DNA from: Vicinamibacteria bacterium
Lineage (GTDB): Bacteria > Acidobacteriota > Vicinamibacteria > Marinacidobacterales > Marinacidobacteraceae
Direction of reading: 5' to 3'
Length of the DNA stretch: 64,000 bases
NCBI GenBank assembly: GCA_963668695.2
Contig: CAXXLQ010000004.1
Location: forward strand, 3,072,001-3,136,000
Below, in pieces: positions 8,359-17,360 of this stretch; the first letter of the stretch is position 1; every line of letters starts with the position of its first letter. The notes beneath the pieces are model-generated. The model worked only from the letters and a program-made list of their open reading frames with translations. It did not search any database and was not told where the DNA came from. The position numbers and the translations under genes are program-made.

Positions 8359-9258
8359 TCACCCCTGCTCGCGAAACGCCGTCACGTCGCGGTGGAAGAC
8401 GAATAGCGAATCCATGTCTTCCGACGGCGATTCGAAGTTGTAGGTTCGCCCGCCAAGCACCTTCACACGCAGGTTGTTGCTCAGGTAGTCCAGCTCGAAG
8501 CGTTCCGCCTGTGCGAACGGCAACTGGAAAGCATCCTTGTGATCCGTCCGGTAGTCGAACCCCTGGGGAGTTGCGACGAGCGTCCCTTCGCAGGATCCGA
8601 ACCGATGTTTGTGTACCACGGCCACCTTGACGTCCAGTGACGCCACCAGGTCGCCGAACACCACTCGCACCGGCACCGCTCTCCTTTCGACCGCCACCCG
8701 ACGGGAAACGATGTCGTGCCCCTCGGTAGACACCGTCAGGTTGTACTCCCCGGGCTGAAGATCCGCGATCGTGACCGGGGTGTTTCCCTTGAAGTTCCGG
8801 TCGATAAAGACGTTCGCTCCGGCGATGTCACTCTCCACGACGATGGACCCGAGCATTTCGGCGAGGGTCGCCGCCAACGAGCGGGTGCGGCCACCGCGGA
8901 TGGTGACGCTGACCTCCAGGGGATGGAAGCCTTCCTTCTCCACTCGAACCGGGTACTCACCGGCATCCAGGTCTTCCCAGGTGCCCGGAACCGTGCCAAG
9001 CACCCGGCCGTCCAGAATGACACTGGCGCCATCGGTGCCCTCGATCTGCAGGGTACCGGTGGTGGGCGGTGCCGGCGGTGGCGGCGGTGGCGCTCGCTCT
9101 GGTTCCGGCGCCTTGACCGGCGTCTCGTCGGCCGGTGCGGCTTCTTCCTCCGGGGCCGCAGGCTCCTCGCCTCCCCCACATCCTGCCAAGGCGCCGACCC
9201 CCGCCAGCAGGGCCAGTGACCCGAAGAGAATGCGCGCCCACTCAGCGAGGCGAATCAT
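8359..9258 (-). CDS. PEGA domain lipoprotein
   Basis: LAGC lipobox, Pro/Glu linker, two PEGA repeats (GASVILDG..LGTVP; GANVFID..FKGNTP), C-terminal HKHRFGSCEGTL domain. Confidence 0.85.
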   Translation of the reverse strand: MIRLAEWARILFGSLALLAGVGALAGCGGGEEPAAPEEEAAPADETPVKAPEPERAPPPPPPAPPTTGTLQIEGTDGASVILDGRVLGTVPGTWEDLDAGEYPVRVEKEGFHPLEVSVTIRGGRTRSLAATLAEMLGSIVVESDIAGANVFIDRNFKGNTPVTIADLQPGEYNLTVSTEGHDIVSRRVAVERRAVPVRVVFGDLVASLDVKVAVVHKHRFGSCEGTLVATPQGFDYRTDHKDAFQLPFAQAERFELDYLSNNLRVKVLGGRTYNFESPSEDMDSLFVFHRDVTAFREQG

Positions 9259-9760
9259 TCACGGAGCCCCCCACCTCACGGTAACCCCGGTCGTAGTAGA
9301 GAAGCGGTGCGGCGTCCTCCCGCTCTACCCTGCCCTCGGTCACCCGGCCGATGAACAGCGTGTGATCGCCCTCCCGGTGGGCGCCGACCGTGCTGCACTC
9401 GAGCCAACCGATACAGCCGGACAGTCGTGGCGGGTACCCAGCCCCGCCAGCCGCCACCGCTGCAGCAAGAGACTCGCCGAACTGATCGGCCGAGTCCAAC
9501 CCCGGCTTCGCGAAGTGGCCCGAGACGTCAGCCTGATCAGCAGCGAGAAGGTGCACCCGAAATCCCCCGGCGGCGATCGCAGCATGCGCCCGGGCGGCGT
9601 TCATGATGGAGACGAGCACTAACGGCGGTTCGAGACTCACGGGGATGAACGAACTGACGGTGATCCCTCTCGGCCCCTCTGGACCGCTCGCGGTCACGAC
9701 GGTCACAAGTTGCGGAGCGCGGCGCATCAGAGCACGAATCTCCGAGGCCGCGTCGCTCAT
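9242..9760 (-). CDS. Flavin reductase-like protein
   Basis: VTVVT, GITVSSF.PVSLEPPLV, GDHTLFIG and PLLY motifs. Confidence 0.92.
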   Translation of the reverse strand: MSDAASEIRALMRRAPQLVTVVTASGPEGPRGITVSSFIPVSLEPPLVLVSIMNAARAHAAIAAGGFRVHLLAADQADVSGHFAKPGLDSADQFGESLAAAVAAGGAGYPPRLSGCIGWLECSTVGAHREGDHTLFIGRVTEGRVEREDAAPLLYYDRGYREVGGSVNDSPR

Positions 9761-9764
9761 CCAG

Positions 9765-10244
9765 CTACGACCGCGTCTCGTCCAGTTCCTCGAAATCGGC
9801 TGTATAGCTGATGTCCACGGCGCCCTTCAGGGTGTTTGCGAGAGGGCAGCCGCGCTCATGGAAACGGAGGGCCCGTTCCGCTTCTTCGCGTTTACCGGCC
9901 GGCAACGCCACTTGGTACCGGATCCGGATGGCGCGCAACGCCATGACGCCGCCCTCGTCCACGATGTCGCCTTCGATTTCTGCCGAGAGCCGATCCGGCT
10001 GGCTCGGGATGCCGCGTACTTCGAGCGCCCGCCCGAACGTCCCCACCATTCAACCACCGGTGGCGGCCACCACGTAGTCAAGGGTCGCCGGCAACTCTTC
10101 CGCTGGCGTTACCCCATAGAAGGCAGCGATTCCGCTGTGGACGCCGAAACGGACCGGCTGCTCGAAGTCCTCAAGGAATGCCTGCCGGACCGGACCAGCC
10201 TGCTTGATGACCCGGGCGTGGCAGGTATGGACAACTTTGCTCAT
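9765..10244 (-). CDS. OsmC/Ohr-like protein, predicted selenoprotein (Sec at TGA 10052-10050)
   Basis: ORFs 10050-10346 and 9765-10049 abut in frame: LDYVVAATGG-U-MVGTF at the first OsmC Cys position; second Cys in HERGCPLANTL; ATG 10244 overlaps the upstream stop (ATGA). Confidence 0.88.
10020..10037 (-). promoter_or_regulatory. Putative bacterial SECIS hairpin
   Basis: Minus strand TTCGGGC-GGGC-GCTCGAA; loop G is the 20th nt after the UGA. Confidence 0.65.
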
Positions 10245-10786
10245 CGCGACTCTACGAAGATCTCGGAATGGAGCATCTTCACCGGGGCTCCGGCCTTCGC
10301 CGTCGGCAGGGACAGTTCCAGGGTGGTGCTGGTAGGAGCACTGCACGCGTTGTCCGTACAGAGCTGGTAGCGAACCAGCACTTCCGCATCCGCCGAACGT
10401 CCGCTCTTGAGGACAGAAGTAACGGGAATGCGGATCGCCACCGTCCCTTCGTAGAGATCGTATTCACCAAGACCGGAAAGATCCCGCCGGATCGGCTCCG
10501 GATAGAACGGCTGTCCGCTTTCGAAAGCCCCACCCTGGGCCAGTTCCACGACCGTGGCGGTGGGGAATGCCTCTTCGGGTCCGTAGAGGTGGTATCCCTC
10601 TTCGAGTTCTGCGACTACCGCGACTTCGAAGCTGTCGCCGGGACGCACCGGGGACTGGGAGGCCACCAACTCGAAGCGCGCCGCGTTCTCCCAATCGGGA
10701 ATCATCGGCGCCTGGGCGGCAAGGGCGGCAGCAAGGCCGCCGGACACGGTCAGGGCGAGGCCGGACAGCAGGAGAGAGTGTTTCAT
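10241..10786 (-). CDS. Secreted DsbD N-terminal (alpha) domain protein
   Basis: Signal peptide; GYHLY, YEG.V.I.IP and YQLCTDNAC..P motifs typical of DsbD-alpha. Confidence 0.85.
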   Translation of the reverse strand: MKHSLLLSGLALTVSGGLAAALAAQAPMIPDWENAARFELVASQSPVRPGDSFEVAVVAELEEGYHLYGPEEAFPTATVVELAQGGAFESGQPFYPEPIRRDLSGLGEYDLYEGTVAIRIPVTSVLKSGRSADAEVLVRYQLCTDNACSAPTSTTLELSLPTAKAGAPVKMLHSEIFVESR

Positions 10787-10817
10787 GGGACGAAACTCCT
10801 TGGGATTGGGCTCGCGA

Positions 10818-11390
10818 TCAGGATCCGGCGAGACGGGAGAGCTCGGAAAGGATCTCCTTGGGGGAGGTCCGGTCGCGGTAGTTCACCCACACGTTGACGA
10901 ACCGAACTACGCCGTCACCATCCACGATGATGGTTGCCGGATGGGGAATGCCTTCCCGCTCCGTGCCATTGTGCTCCGGATTGGGGATGCCGTATTCGCT
11001 GATGACCTGACCTCCGTCCACCATGATCGGGAACGTCCAGTCATTCTTCGAGAGCCACATCAGGGTGTCCCCCACCCCGTATTTGGAAACGCCGAGTACC
11101 GTGACGCCGCGCGCCTCGAACTGATCCAGGGACTCTTGCAACTCGCCGAGTTGCGCAATGCAGAATGGTCACCAACCGCCACTGCGGAAGAACTCAAGAA
11201 CGACCGGCCCTCGCTTCACGAGTTCGGAGAGTCGGTAGGAGGCGCCGTGGGCGTCCTTCAGTTCGAAATCGGGCGCGCGGGCACCAACCTTCACCGTCGG
11301 GGTGTCGGTGCCCTGCGCGGATCCGCTGGAAGGGGCGAGGCCCGTGGCCAAGCCGACGGCCAGCAATGCAGAGACAGGAAGTCGAGACAT
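10818..11390 (-). CDS. Exported AhpC/TSA (peroxiredoxin-like) redoxin, predicted selenoprotein (Sec at TGA 11171-11169)
   Basis: VGARAPDFELKD...GPVVLEFFRSGGW-U-PFC..QLGEL continues in frame into ORF 10818-11141 (PHPATIIVD.DG.VRF); N-terminal signal peptide. Confidence 0.92.
11138..11154 (-). promoter_or_regulatory. Putative bacterial SECIS hairpin
   Basis: Minus strand GCAACTC-GGC-GAGTTGC; loop G is the 22nd nt after the UGA. Confidence 0.65.
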
Positions 11391-11568
11391 GCGGGCCATT
11401 TTAGCCCGGCTGTTTCGATGCCAAGAAGACGGCCAAGGCCGAAAGGAACGATTCGTCTCCTACGGGTTTCCTGGTCGATCAGCGGCTAACCACGAATTGC
11501 GGCGCATAACGGGCCGCCCCACCAGCATTGGCCGCCGGCGTTCACCTTCGGGGACCCTGTCGATCTGT

Positions 11569-12444
11569 CTATCCTGTTGATTCACCTTCGCTTGTGTCCG
11601 ATGTCGGCGCGCCGACATCCTCACGTTGTTCTTCAAGCTGCCGTAACAACGTGCGGAGTGCCTCCACCACTTCCGCCTCCTCGACCTCACTGCGCCGGAA
11701 GGTCAACTGGAGGCGAAAGGGGCCGCCCTTGGGGGCGAACCGGAAGACAAACGGTCGCGCTCGTTCTCCCTTGGACTTTCTGCGCTTCGGGATCGGTTCA
11801 TTCAGTCCCTGGGCGAGGCGTTGGACGCACGCCAGCATGGCCTCGACATTCGGCTCGCGGGCCACTCGCAGCAACTGTCGACGAGACACGATCCCCGACG
11901 CCCAGGAGACCTCGCGGATCTCTTCCGGAATGTTGAGCAGGGCAAGCGTCTCCGTGATCGAGGTGCGTCCTTTGCCCACCCGGCGGGCGAGAGAGTCGTG
12001 AGTGTGTCCATGCTCCCTGATGAGCCCCTCGTACGCGGTGGCCTCCTCAAAGGGAGACAGGTCGTCCCGGAGCAAGTTCTCCACCAGAGCCAGCTCGAGG
12101 GCGTCCCCTGCCCCCGCCTCCCTCTCGATGCAGGGCACTTCGCGCAATCCGGCCAGCACCGCCGCCCGGTAGCGGCGTTCGCCAGCGATGATCTGAAAGT
12201 CCTTCGAGCCCAGTCGGCGCACCAGGATCGGCTGCAGGATTCCCTGGTCCCGGATCGAGGTGGCGAGCGGTTCCAGCGCTCCGATGCGTTGGCGCGGCTG
12301 ATCGGGATTGGGGTGGATCTGAGCGGTTGGGATCATCCGTTGACGGGCGCCCGGCTCATCGGGGGTCAGCCCCGCCACGTAGTGGCTGTCACGCGGTTTC
12401 AAGCTGACTTTTTCAGGAAGACCGGTTCGTTTGGACACGGGCAA
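11569..12444 (-). CDS. parB: ParB/Spo0J partition protein
   Basis: PNPDQPR, GILQPILVR, IIAGERRYRA (GxxRxxA), ENLLRDDL, HTH. Confidence 0.93.
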   Translation of the reverse strand: MPVSKRTGLPEKVSLKPRDSHYVAGLTPDEPGARQRMIPTAQIHPNPDQPRQRIGALEPLATSIRDQGILQPILVRRLGSKDFQIIAGERRYRAAVLAGLREVPCIEREAGAGDALELALVENLLRDDLSPFEEATAYEGLIREHGHTHDSLARRVGKGRTSITETLALLNIPEEIREVSWASGIVSRRQLLRVAREPNVEAMLACVQRLAQGLNEPIPKRRKSKGERARPFVFRFAPKGGPFRLQLTFRRSEVEEAEVVEALRTLLRQLEEQREDVGAPTSDTSEGESTG

Positions 12445-13189
12445 GCACCTCCCGAGACAGATGTCGGTAATCCTCAGCTCCTCGAGAGTTGGGGGCGAAC
12501 GTGAAGATGGACTCCTTGTACGCAGGACTCTCCTCGAGTCGGACGTTGCGGCTGATCAGCGTTCGGAATACCGCTTTCCCGAAATGCCCGCGGATCTTGC
12601 GGATCGCGTCCCGGGCAATCCGCGTCCGCTGATCGGCCATGGTGATCACCACCCCGAGGATGGACAGATCCGGATTGGGGCGCCGGCGGACCTGCTCGAG
12701 CGTGTCGAGGAGATCGTCGGCCCCTTCGAGGGCGTAGTACGTCGGCGGCAGCGGCAACAACAGATAGTCACTGGCAACCAGCGCATTCACCGTGATGAGC
12801 CCCAGGGTGGGAGGGGTGTCGATCACCACGAAATCGAACTGCTCCCGGACATACTGGATCCGATCCCGGAGCCGGTAATGGGCGTCGATGTCGCCAAGAA
12901 GTTGGCGCTCCAATTTGGCCAGCGAGATGCGCGCCTCGGCCACCGACAGGCGTTCCACCGATGTGGGCCTGATGATGTCCGCGAACCGCACCTCACCCGT
13001 CAGAGCCTCGAGCATTGAGGCTCTGGATGGGTCCGGGCCGATGACACTTACCGAGGCGTTTGCCTGTGGGTCCACATCAACGAGCAGCGTGCGGTGTCCG
13101 GCGTCCGCGAACGCCGCCGCCAGGTTGACCGCGGTCGTGGTCTTGGCCACCCCGCCCTTCTGATTGGCGACGGTGATGGTGGCGCGCAT
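12413..13189 (-). CDS. parA: ParA/Soj ATPase
   Basis: NQKGGVAKTTT deviant Walker A, DVDPQAN, IDTPP. Confidence 0.95.
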   Translation of the reverse strand: MRATITVANQKGGVAKTTTAVNLAAAFADAGHRTLLVDVDPQANASVSVIGPDPSRASMLEALTGEVRFADIIRPTSVERLSVAEARISLAKLERQLLGDIDAHYRLRDRIQYVREQFDFVVIDTPPTLGLITVNALVASDYLLLPLPPTYYALEGADDLLDTLEQVRRRPNPDLSILGVVITMADQRTRIARDAIRKIRGHFGKAVFRTLISRNVRLEESPAYKESIFTFAPNSRGAEDYRHLSREVLARVQTNRSS

Positions 13190-13193
13190 TTAG

Positions 13194-13363
13194 CAGCCTG
13201 TAGACAAAGTGACGTGAGCGTCGAGGCTGGGGAGGCGCCCGGCTGACAAGGCGCGATTTGGGAGGAATACCGGATGTATTCCGACCGAATCGGAACACAG
13301 AGCGTAGCGGTTCAGCCGGGATGCATCGCCCGCCGAACGCCGCGTGACTTTGTCCACAGGCTG
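13194..13363. mobile_element. MITE family A copy (inverted)
   Basis: TIR CAGCCTGTAGACAAAGT / ACTTTGTCCACAGGCTG; flanks TTAG and CTTG. Confidence 0.78.
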
Positions 13364-13371
13364 CTTGGTGC

Positions 13372-13872
13372 TCAGTGCGCGTCGCCGAGATCGTCCTCGT
13401 CGAGGGCTTCGAGCCAGTCGCCGAGCGCCTCGCTGTCCTCTGGCGGTTCCACGTCCTCTGCCATGAGCTCTTCGGCCCGCCGCGCCCCGCGCTCGATGAC
13501 ACGCGAATGGACGAAGATGGGCGCCCGGGTCCTTAGCGCCAGCGCTATCGCGTCGCTCGGGCGGGCGTCCACCGCGAGCCGCTGCCGTTTCCGCTCCAGA
13601 TGAACATGCGCATAGAAAGTGTTGTCCTGAACATCATGGATCACCACCTTGATCACCCGCGCGTCCAGCTCCCTGAGGAGTTCCCGGATCAGGTCGTGGG
13701 TGAACGGGCGCGGGGGTTCGTAGTTCTCGATCTGAAGGCCGATCGCGCGCACCTCCATGGGTCCCACCCAGATGGGAATTTCCCGATCGCCGGATTCCTC
13801 CTTGAGCATGACCACTGCGGCGCTGGTCCGCGGCACCATCAGGATCGCCTTGATGCTTACCTCAATCTCCAC
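13372..13872 (-). CDS. Bifunctional nuclease family protein (DUF151)
   Basis: IPIWVG..E, PRPFTHDL and DARPSDAIALALR motifs. Confidence 0.93.
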   Translation of the reverse strand: MEIEVSIKAILMVPRTSAAVVMLKEESGDREIPIWVGPMEVRAIGLQIENYEPPRPFTHDLIRELLRELDARVIKVVIHDVQDNTFYAHVHLERKRQRLAVDARPSDAIALALRTRAPIFVHSRVIERGARRAEELMAEDVEPPEDSEALGDWLEALDEDDLGDAH

Positions 13873-13893
13873 GGTCAGCTCCTCGTTGGTTCT

Positions 13894-15423
13894 TCATCTG
13901 GGCAGTAGCTGCTCGCGGACATTGCTGCCGGGAACCGCCTGTACTACCGGAAGAGGGATTTCGGATGTCCACGCGTCGGGATCCGCCGCGGGAGCCGGGG
14001 ATTCAAGGGCGGTCCGTCGTGGCTCCCCTGAACTCACGAGCTTTCCTATCAGGCTGTTCGGACTGAACCCGGTAATCATGACCTCGCCGAAGCCTCCGGT
14101 AGCCTCCACGGGACCGTCGAAATTGACGATCCGGTTGTCGGGGCCTCGTCCCGCAAGTTGATTGCCCTTTCGGCTGGGCCCTTCGATCAGAACTTCGACC
14201 TTGCGGCCCACGAGATCGCGGTGGAGAGACAACTGGATCTCTCGCTGTCTCGTCTGCAATTCAATTAGCCGTTCGGTTTTTTCGGTATCCGGGACATCGT
14301 CCGGCAGACGTTTCGACGCGAGTGTATGGGGACGCTCGGAGTACTTGAAGGAATACACCGATGAAAAGCGCACCTCATCGAGGAGGGTCAACGTGTCTTC
14401 GAACTCGTTCGCGGTTTCACCGCAGAACCCGACGATGAGGTCCGTGGAGAGCGCAAGGTCGGGAGCCCGCTCGCGCGCCCGGAGGACGAGTTCCAGAAAT
14501 CCCTCGCGGCTGTAACCACGACGCATGCGCTCCAGCACACTCGTCGAGCCGGATTGCGCGGGCAGATGCATGTGTGGCATCAACGGTCCCCCGGCCGCAA
14601 AACGGTCCATGAGTTCCTCGCTGAAATCCTTGGGATGAGGACTCGTAAAGCGGATCCGGCGGATTCCCGGTACTGCCCCCACCGCATCGGTCAACTCGGC
14701 AAAGCCAAGTCCATCCTCCGGATCCCGATAGGAATTCACGTTCTGGCCGAGTAGCTGGATCTCCGCGAACCCCGACGCTGTGAGGGATTCGGCTTCCCGC
14801 ACGATCGACGCTACGGTCCGGCATCGCTCACGTCCCCTGGTGAAGGGCACGACACAGAAAGAGCAGAAGTTGTCGCAGCCCTCCATGATGGTGATGTACG
14901 CCTTTACCCCGGGAATCCGATCGATCTGCTCCGGCGGGATGTCGAGGTTGTCCGGGTGCCGCCCGATTTCGACAATCCGGGACTCGCCATCGAGTAGCCG
15001 GCGCACGACATCCGGAAGACACACGAGGCTCTGGGTGCCGAGGACGAAGTCGACCGCGGGCGCCCGGCCGAAGATGGCTGCCCCTTCCTGCTGGGCCACG
15101 CATCCTGCCACGCCGATCAGTTGGGGGCGCTTCCGGCCCCGACCGACGAGCTGCTCCACGCGGGCAAAGACCTTTTCCTGCGCCTTTTCGCGAACCGAAC
15201 AGGTGTTCAGGACGACGACCTCCGCGGGTTCGGCTCCCGCCGGACGGCAGCCCAGCGTTCCGAGCGCGGCCGCCATCTTCTCCGAGTCGTGGACGTTCAT
15301 CTGGCAACCCCAGGTTTCGATCCGGAATCGGAAAGGAGCGCGCGATCCCCGGCCGGACAGGTCGCTGACTGAACCGGGAAGGGCGGCTGGACCGGCCAGG
15401 GGGTCGCTTGTCCAGACGGTCAT
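13894..15423 (-). CDS. miaB: tRNA-2-methylthio-N6-dimethylallyladenosine synthase
   Basis: GCQMNVHDSE, NTCSVREKA, GCVAQ, radical SAM CDNFCSFC, LLGQNVNSY, TRAM domain. Confidence 0.93.
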   Translation of the reverse strand: MTVWTSDPLAGPAALPGSVSDLSGRGSRAPFRFRIETWGCQMNVHDSEKMAAALGTLGCRPAGAEPAEVVVLNTCSVREKAQEKVFARVEQLVGRGRKRPQLIGVAGCVAQQEGAAIFGRAPAVDFVLGTQSLVCLPDVVRRLLDGESRIVEIGRHPDNLDIPPEQIDRIPGVKAYITIMEGCDNFCSFCVVPFTRGRERCRTVASIVREAESLTASGFAEIQLLGQNVNSYRDPEDGLGFAELTDAVGAVPGIRRIRFTSPHPKDFSEELMDRFAAGGPLMPHMHLPAQSGSTSVLERMRRGYSREGFLELVLRARERAPDLALSTDLIVGFCGETANEFEDTLTLLDEVRFSSVYSFKYSERPHTLASKRLPDDVPDTEKTERLIELQTRQREIQLSLHRDLVGRKVEVLIEGPSRKGNQLAGRGPDNRIVNFDGPVEATGGFGEVMITGFSPNSLIGKLVSSGEPRRTALESPAPAADPDAWTSEIPLPVVQAVPGSNVREQLLPR

Positions 15424-17211
15424 TCAGGAACCCGCAAACGCCCCCGGAAACCCGGCGCTGTCGCCGCCGGAAGACTCGGTGTTCGCGCCGGCGAGCAATT
15501 GCGACGCGTGCTCCCGGGCACTGTCGGTAATCTGGGGACCAGCGAGCATACGGGCGATTTCTTCGATCCGGGCGCTGTCGTCGAGGCAGCGAACGCGAAC
15601 CGCATCGCCGGATTCTAGTTTCTCGACGACCAGATGGGCTCGGCCGAGGGCCGCCACCTGAGGAAGATGCGTAACCGAGACGACCTGGCGCGACACGGCA
15701 AGACGACGAAGGCGCCGCCCGACCGCATCCGCAATGCGCCCGGACGTGCCGGTGTCCGCTTCGTCGAAGATCAGGGTATCCGCGCCTCCCTCCCCCGCCC
15801 CGGCCGCTTTGAGCGCCAGGAAAAAACGCGAGGACTCGCCACCCGATGCAACTTCGCCGATGGGAGCGGGCACCATCTCGGGACTGGCGCTGAAGAGAAA
15901 ATGGACGCGGTCCAACCCGTGCTCCGTGAAGTGCTCCGTGCCCGCGTCCACTTCCCGTTCCGATCGTCCCCGTAGAGCCTTGATCCCGATCAAGAAGCGC
16001 GCGCGCGGAATACCGAGCCCAACGAGTTCGTGCTGTACCTTGCGCGCGAGTGCCTCCCCGGCGGTCTCGCGGGCAGCGTGGAGCGATGCGGCCAGGTTCC
16101 GGTAGCGGATAGCCCCAGCCTCTGCGGCCGTCACCGCCCTTCGGCGCTCCTGGGCCTGATCGGTGAGCTCGGAGAGTGCGACCCGGATCTCTTTCGCGCG
16201 CTCGAGCAGGGCGTCGGCTCCACCCGTTCCCCCCGCATGGCGGCGCTCGAGACCGCGCAGTACGACGAGGCGGTCTTCGATCTCCGCGAGCCGCTCGGGC
16301 GCCGCCCGGACGCGGTCCCGCCGATCCCGCACGCCAGCAGCCAGATCCTCCACTTCGACGAGCAGATCCGGACGTCCGTCGAGCAGTCGGGCGGTCTCCG
16401 GGTCCAAGGCAGCCGCGCCGTCAAGCGCACGAAGCGCGATCGCCAATTGCGCACCCGCTGCCGTTTCTGACCCGTAGAGCGCCTGATATGCACTCTCGAG
16501 ACGTCCGGCGAGCTGGTCCGCATGCCCGAGTGCACGCCGCTCGACCAGCAGGGATTCCGTCTCGCCCGGTTCCGGCGCAGCGCGCTTGATCTCCTCAAGA
16601 GCGCGTTCCATCGCGGCACGCTGAAGCTCCGCCTGGCAGAGCCGGTTTTCCAGAGCGTCACGCTCGTCCTCGGCAGCGCGAAGCACCCGGAGGGCCGCCG
16701 CCACCTGCCGCCGCAAGGCGGCATGTCCGCCCACCGCATCCACGCTTTCCCGGGCAGCCCCGGGTTGGAGCAGGGCCAGATACTCTCCCTGGCTGTACAC
16801 CTCGGCAAGCAGCATTCCCACCGCCCGGAGCCCGGCCACCGGGATCGCTGCGCCGTTCAGGGAAATCCGATTGGCAGCCGAGCGCCGCCCCGGTGCGAAA
16901 CGCAGTTCCCGCCGTACCACGAGTTCGCCGTCCTCGGTCGAAACGCCAGCCTCTTCACATAGCGCCAGCAGCCGCTCGCTGGCTGCTGACGCCTCGTCCG
17001 ACAGGGTGAATCCCGCCTCGACAACAGCGCGATCTCCAGCAGGTCCTATGAGCTGGGAACGGCCGCGGCCGCCCAGGATGAGGCCCAACGCCTCCAGGAG
17101 AATGCTCTTCCCGACGCCGGTCTCGCCGGTAACGACGTTCAGGCCTTCCCCGAATTCGAGAGAGACATCCTTGAGGAGGGCGACGTTTCGCGCCCGCAGC
17201 CAGTGAAGCAT
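15424..17211 (-). CDS. recN: DNA repair protein RecN
   Basis: TGETGVGKS Walker A, coiled coil, ASGGESSR, IFDE.D.G and VTHLPQVAA; start placed at ATG 17211. Confidence 0.93.
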   Translation of the reverse strand: MLHWLRARNVALLKDVSLEFGEGLNVVTGETGVGKSILLEALGLILGGRGRSQLIGPAGDRAVVEAGFTLSDEASAASERLLALCEEAGVSTEDGELVVRRELRFAPGRRSAANRISLNGAAIPVAGLRAVGMLLAEVYSQGEYLALLQPGAARESVDAVGGHAALRRQVAAALRVLRAAEDERDALENRLCQAELQRAAMERALEEIKRAAPEPGETESLLVERRALGHADQLAGRLESAYQALYGSETAAGAQLAIALRALDGAAALDPETARLLDGRPDLLVEVEDLAAGVRDRRDRVRAAPERLAEIEDRLVVLRGLERRHAGGTGGADALLERAKEIRVALSELTDQAQERRRAVTAAEAGAIRYRNLAASLHAARETAGEALARKVQHELVGLGIPRARFLIGIKALRGRSEREVDAGTEHFTEHGLDRVHFLFSASPEMVPAPIGEVASGGESSRFFLALKAAGAGEGGADTLIFDEADTGTSGRIADAVGRRLRRLAVSRQVVSVTHLPQVAALGRAHLVVEKLESGDAVRVRCLDDSARIEEIARMLAGPQITDSAREHASQLLAGANTESSGGDSAGFPGAFAGS

Positions 17212-17360
17212 GGTGGCCAGTACGACGTTCGAGTGCGCTACAACGATGTACAGGCGGCTTCGGCCCTGCCGCCACCTGGGAAGCGCACCCCGAGGGGTGC
17301 ACACCCCGAAATGGACGAGAACCCCAACGGGTAGTGGTTGAGCATGGGTTAGGCTACTAT

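Noticed and set aside
11400-13370. parS site near parAB or an ncRNA in the parB-Prx gap
   Set aside because: No TGTTTCACGTGAAACA-like palindrome or recognisable RNA family motif seen
17239-17250. TACA-N4-TGTA dyad upstream of recN as a second LexA box
   Set aside because: Short, and differs in sequence and spacing from the lexA palindrome; insufficient support
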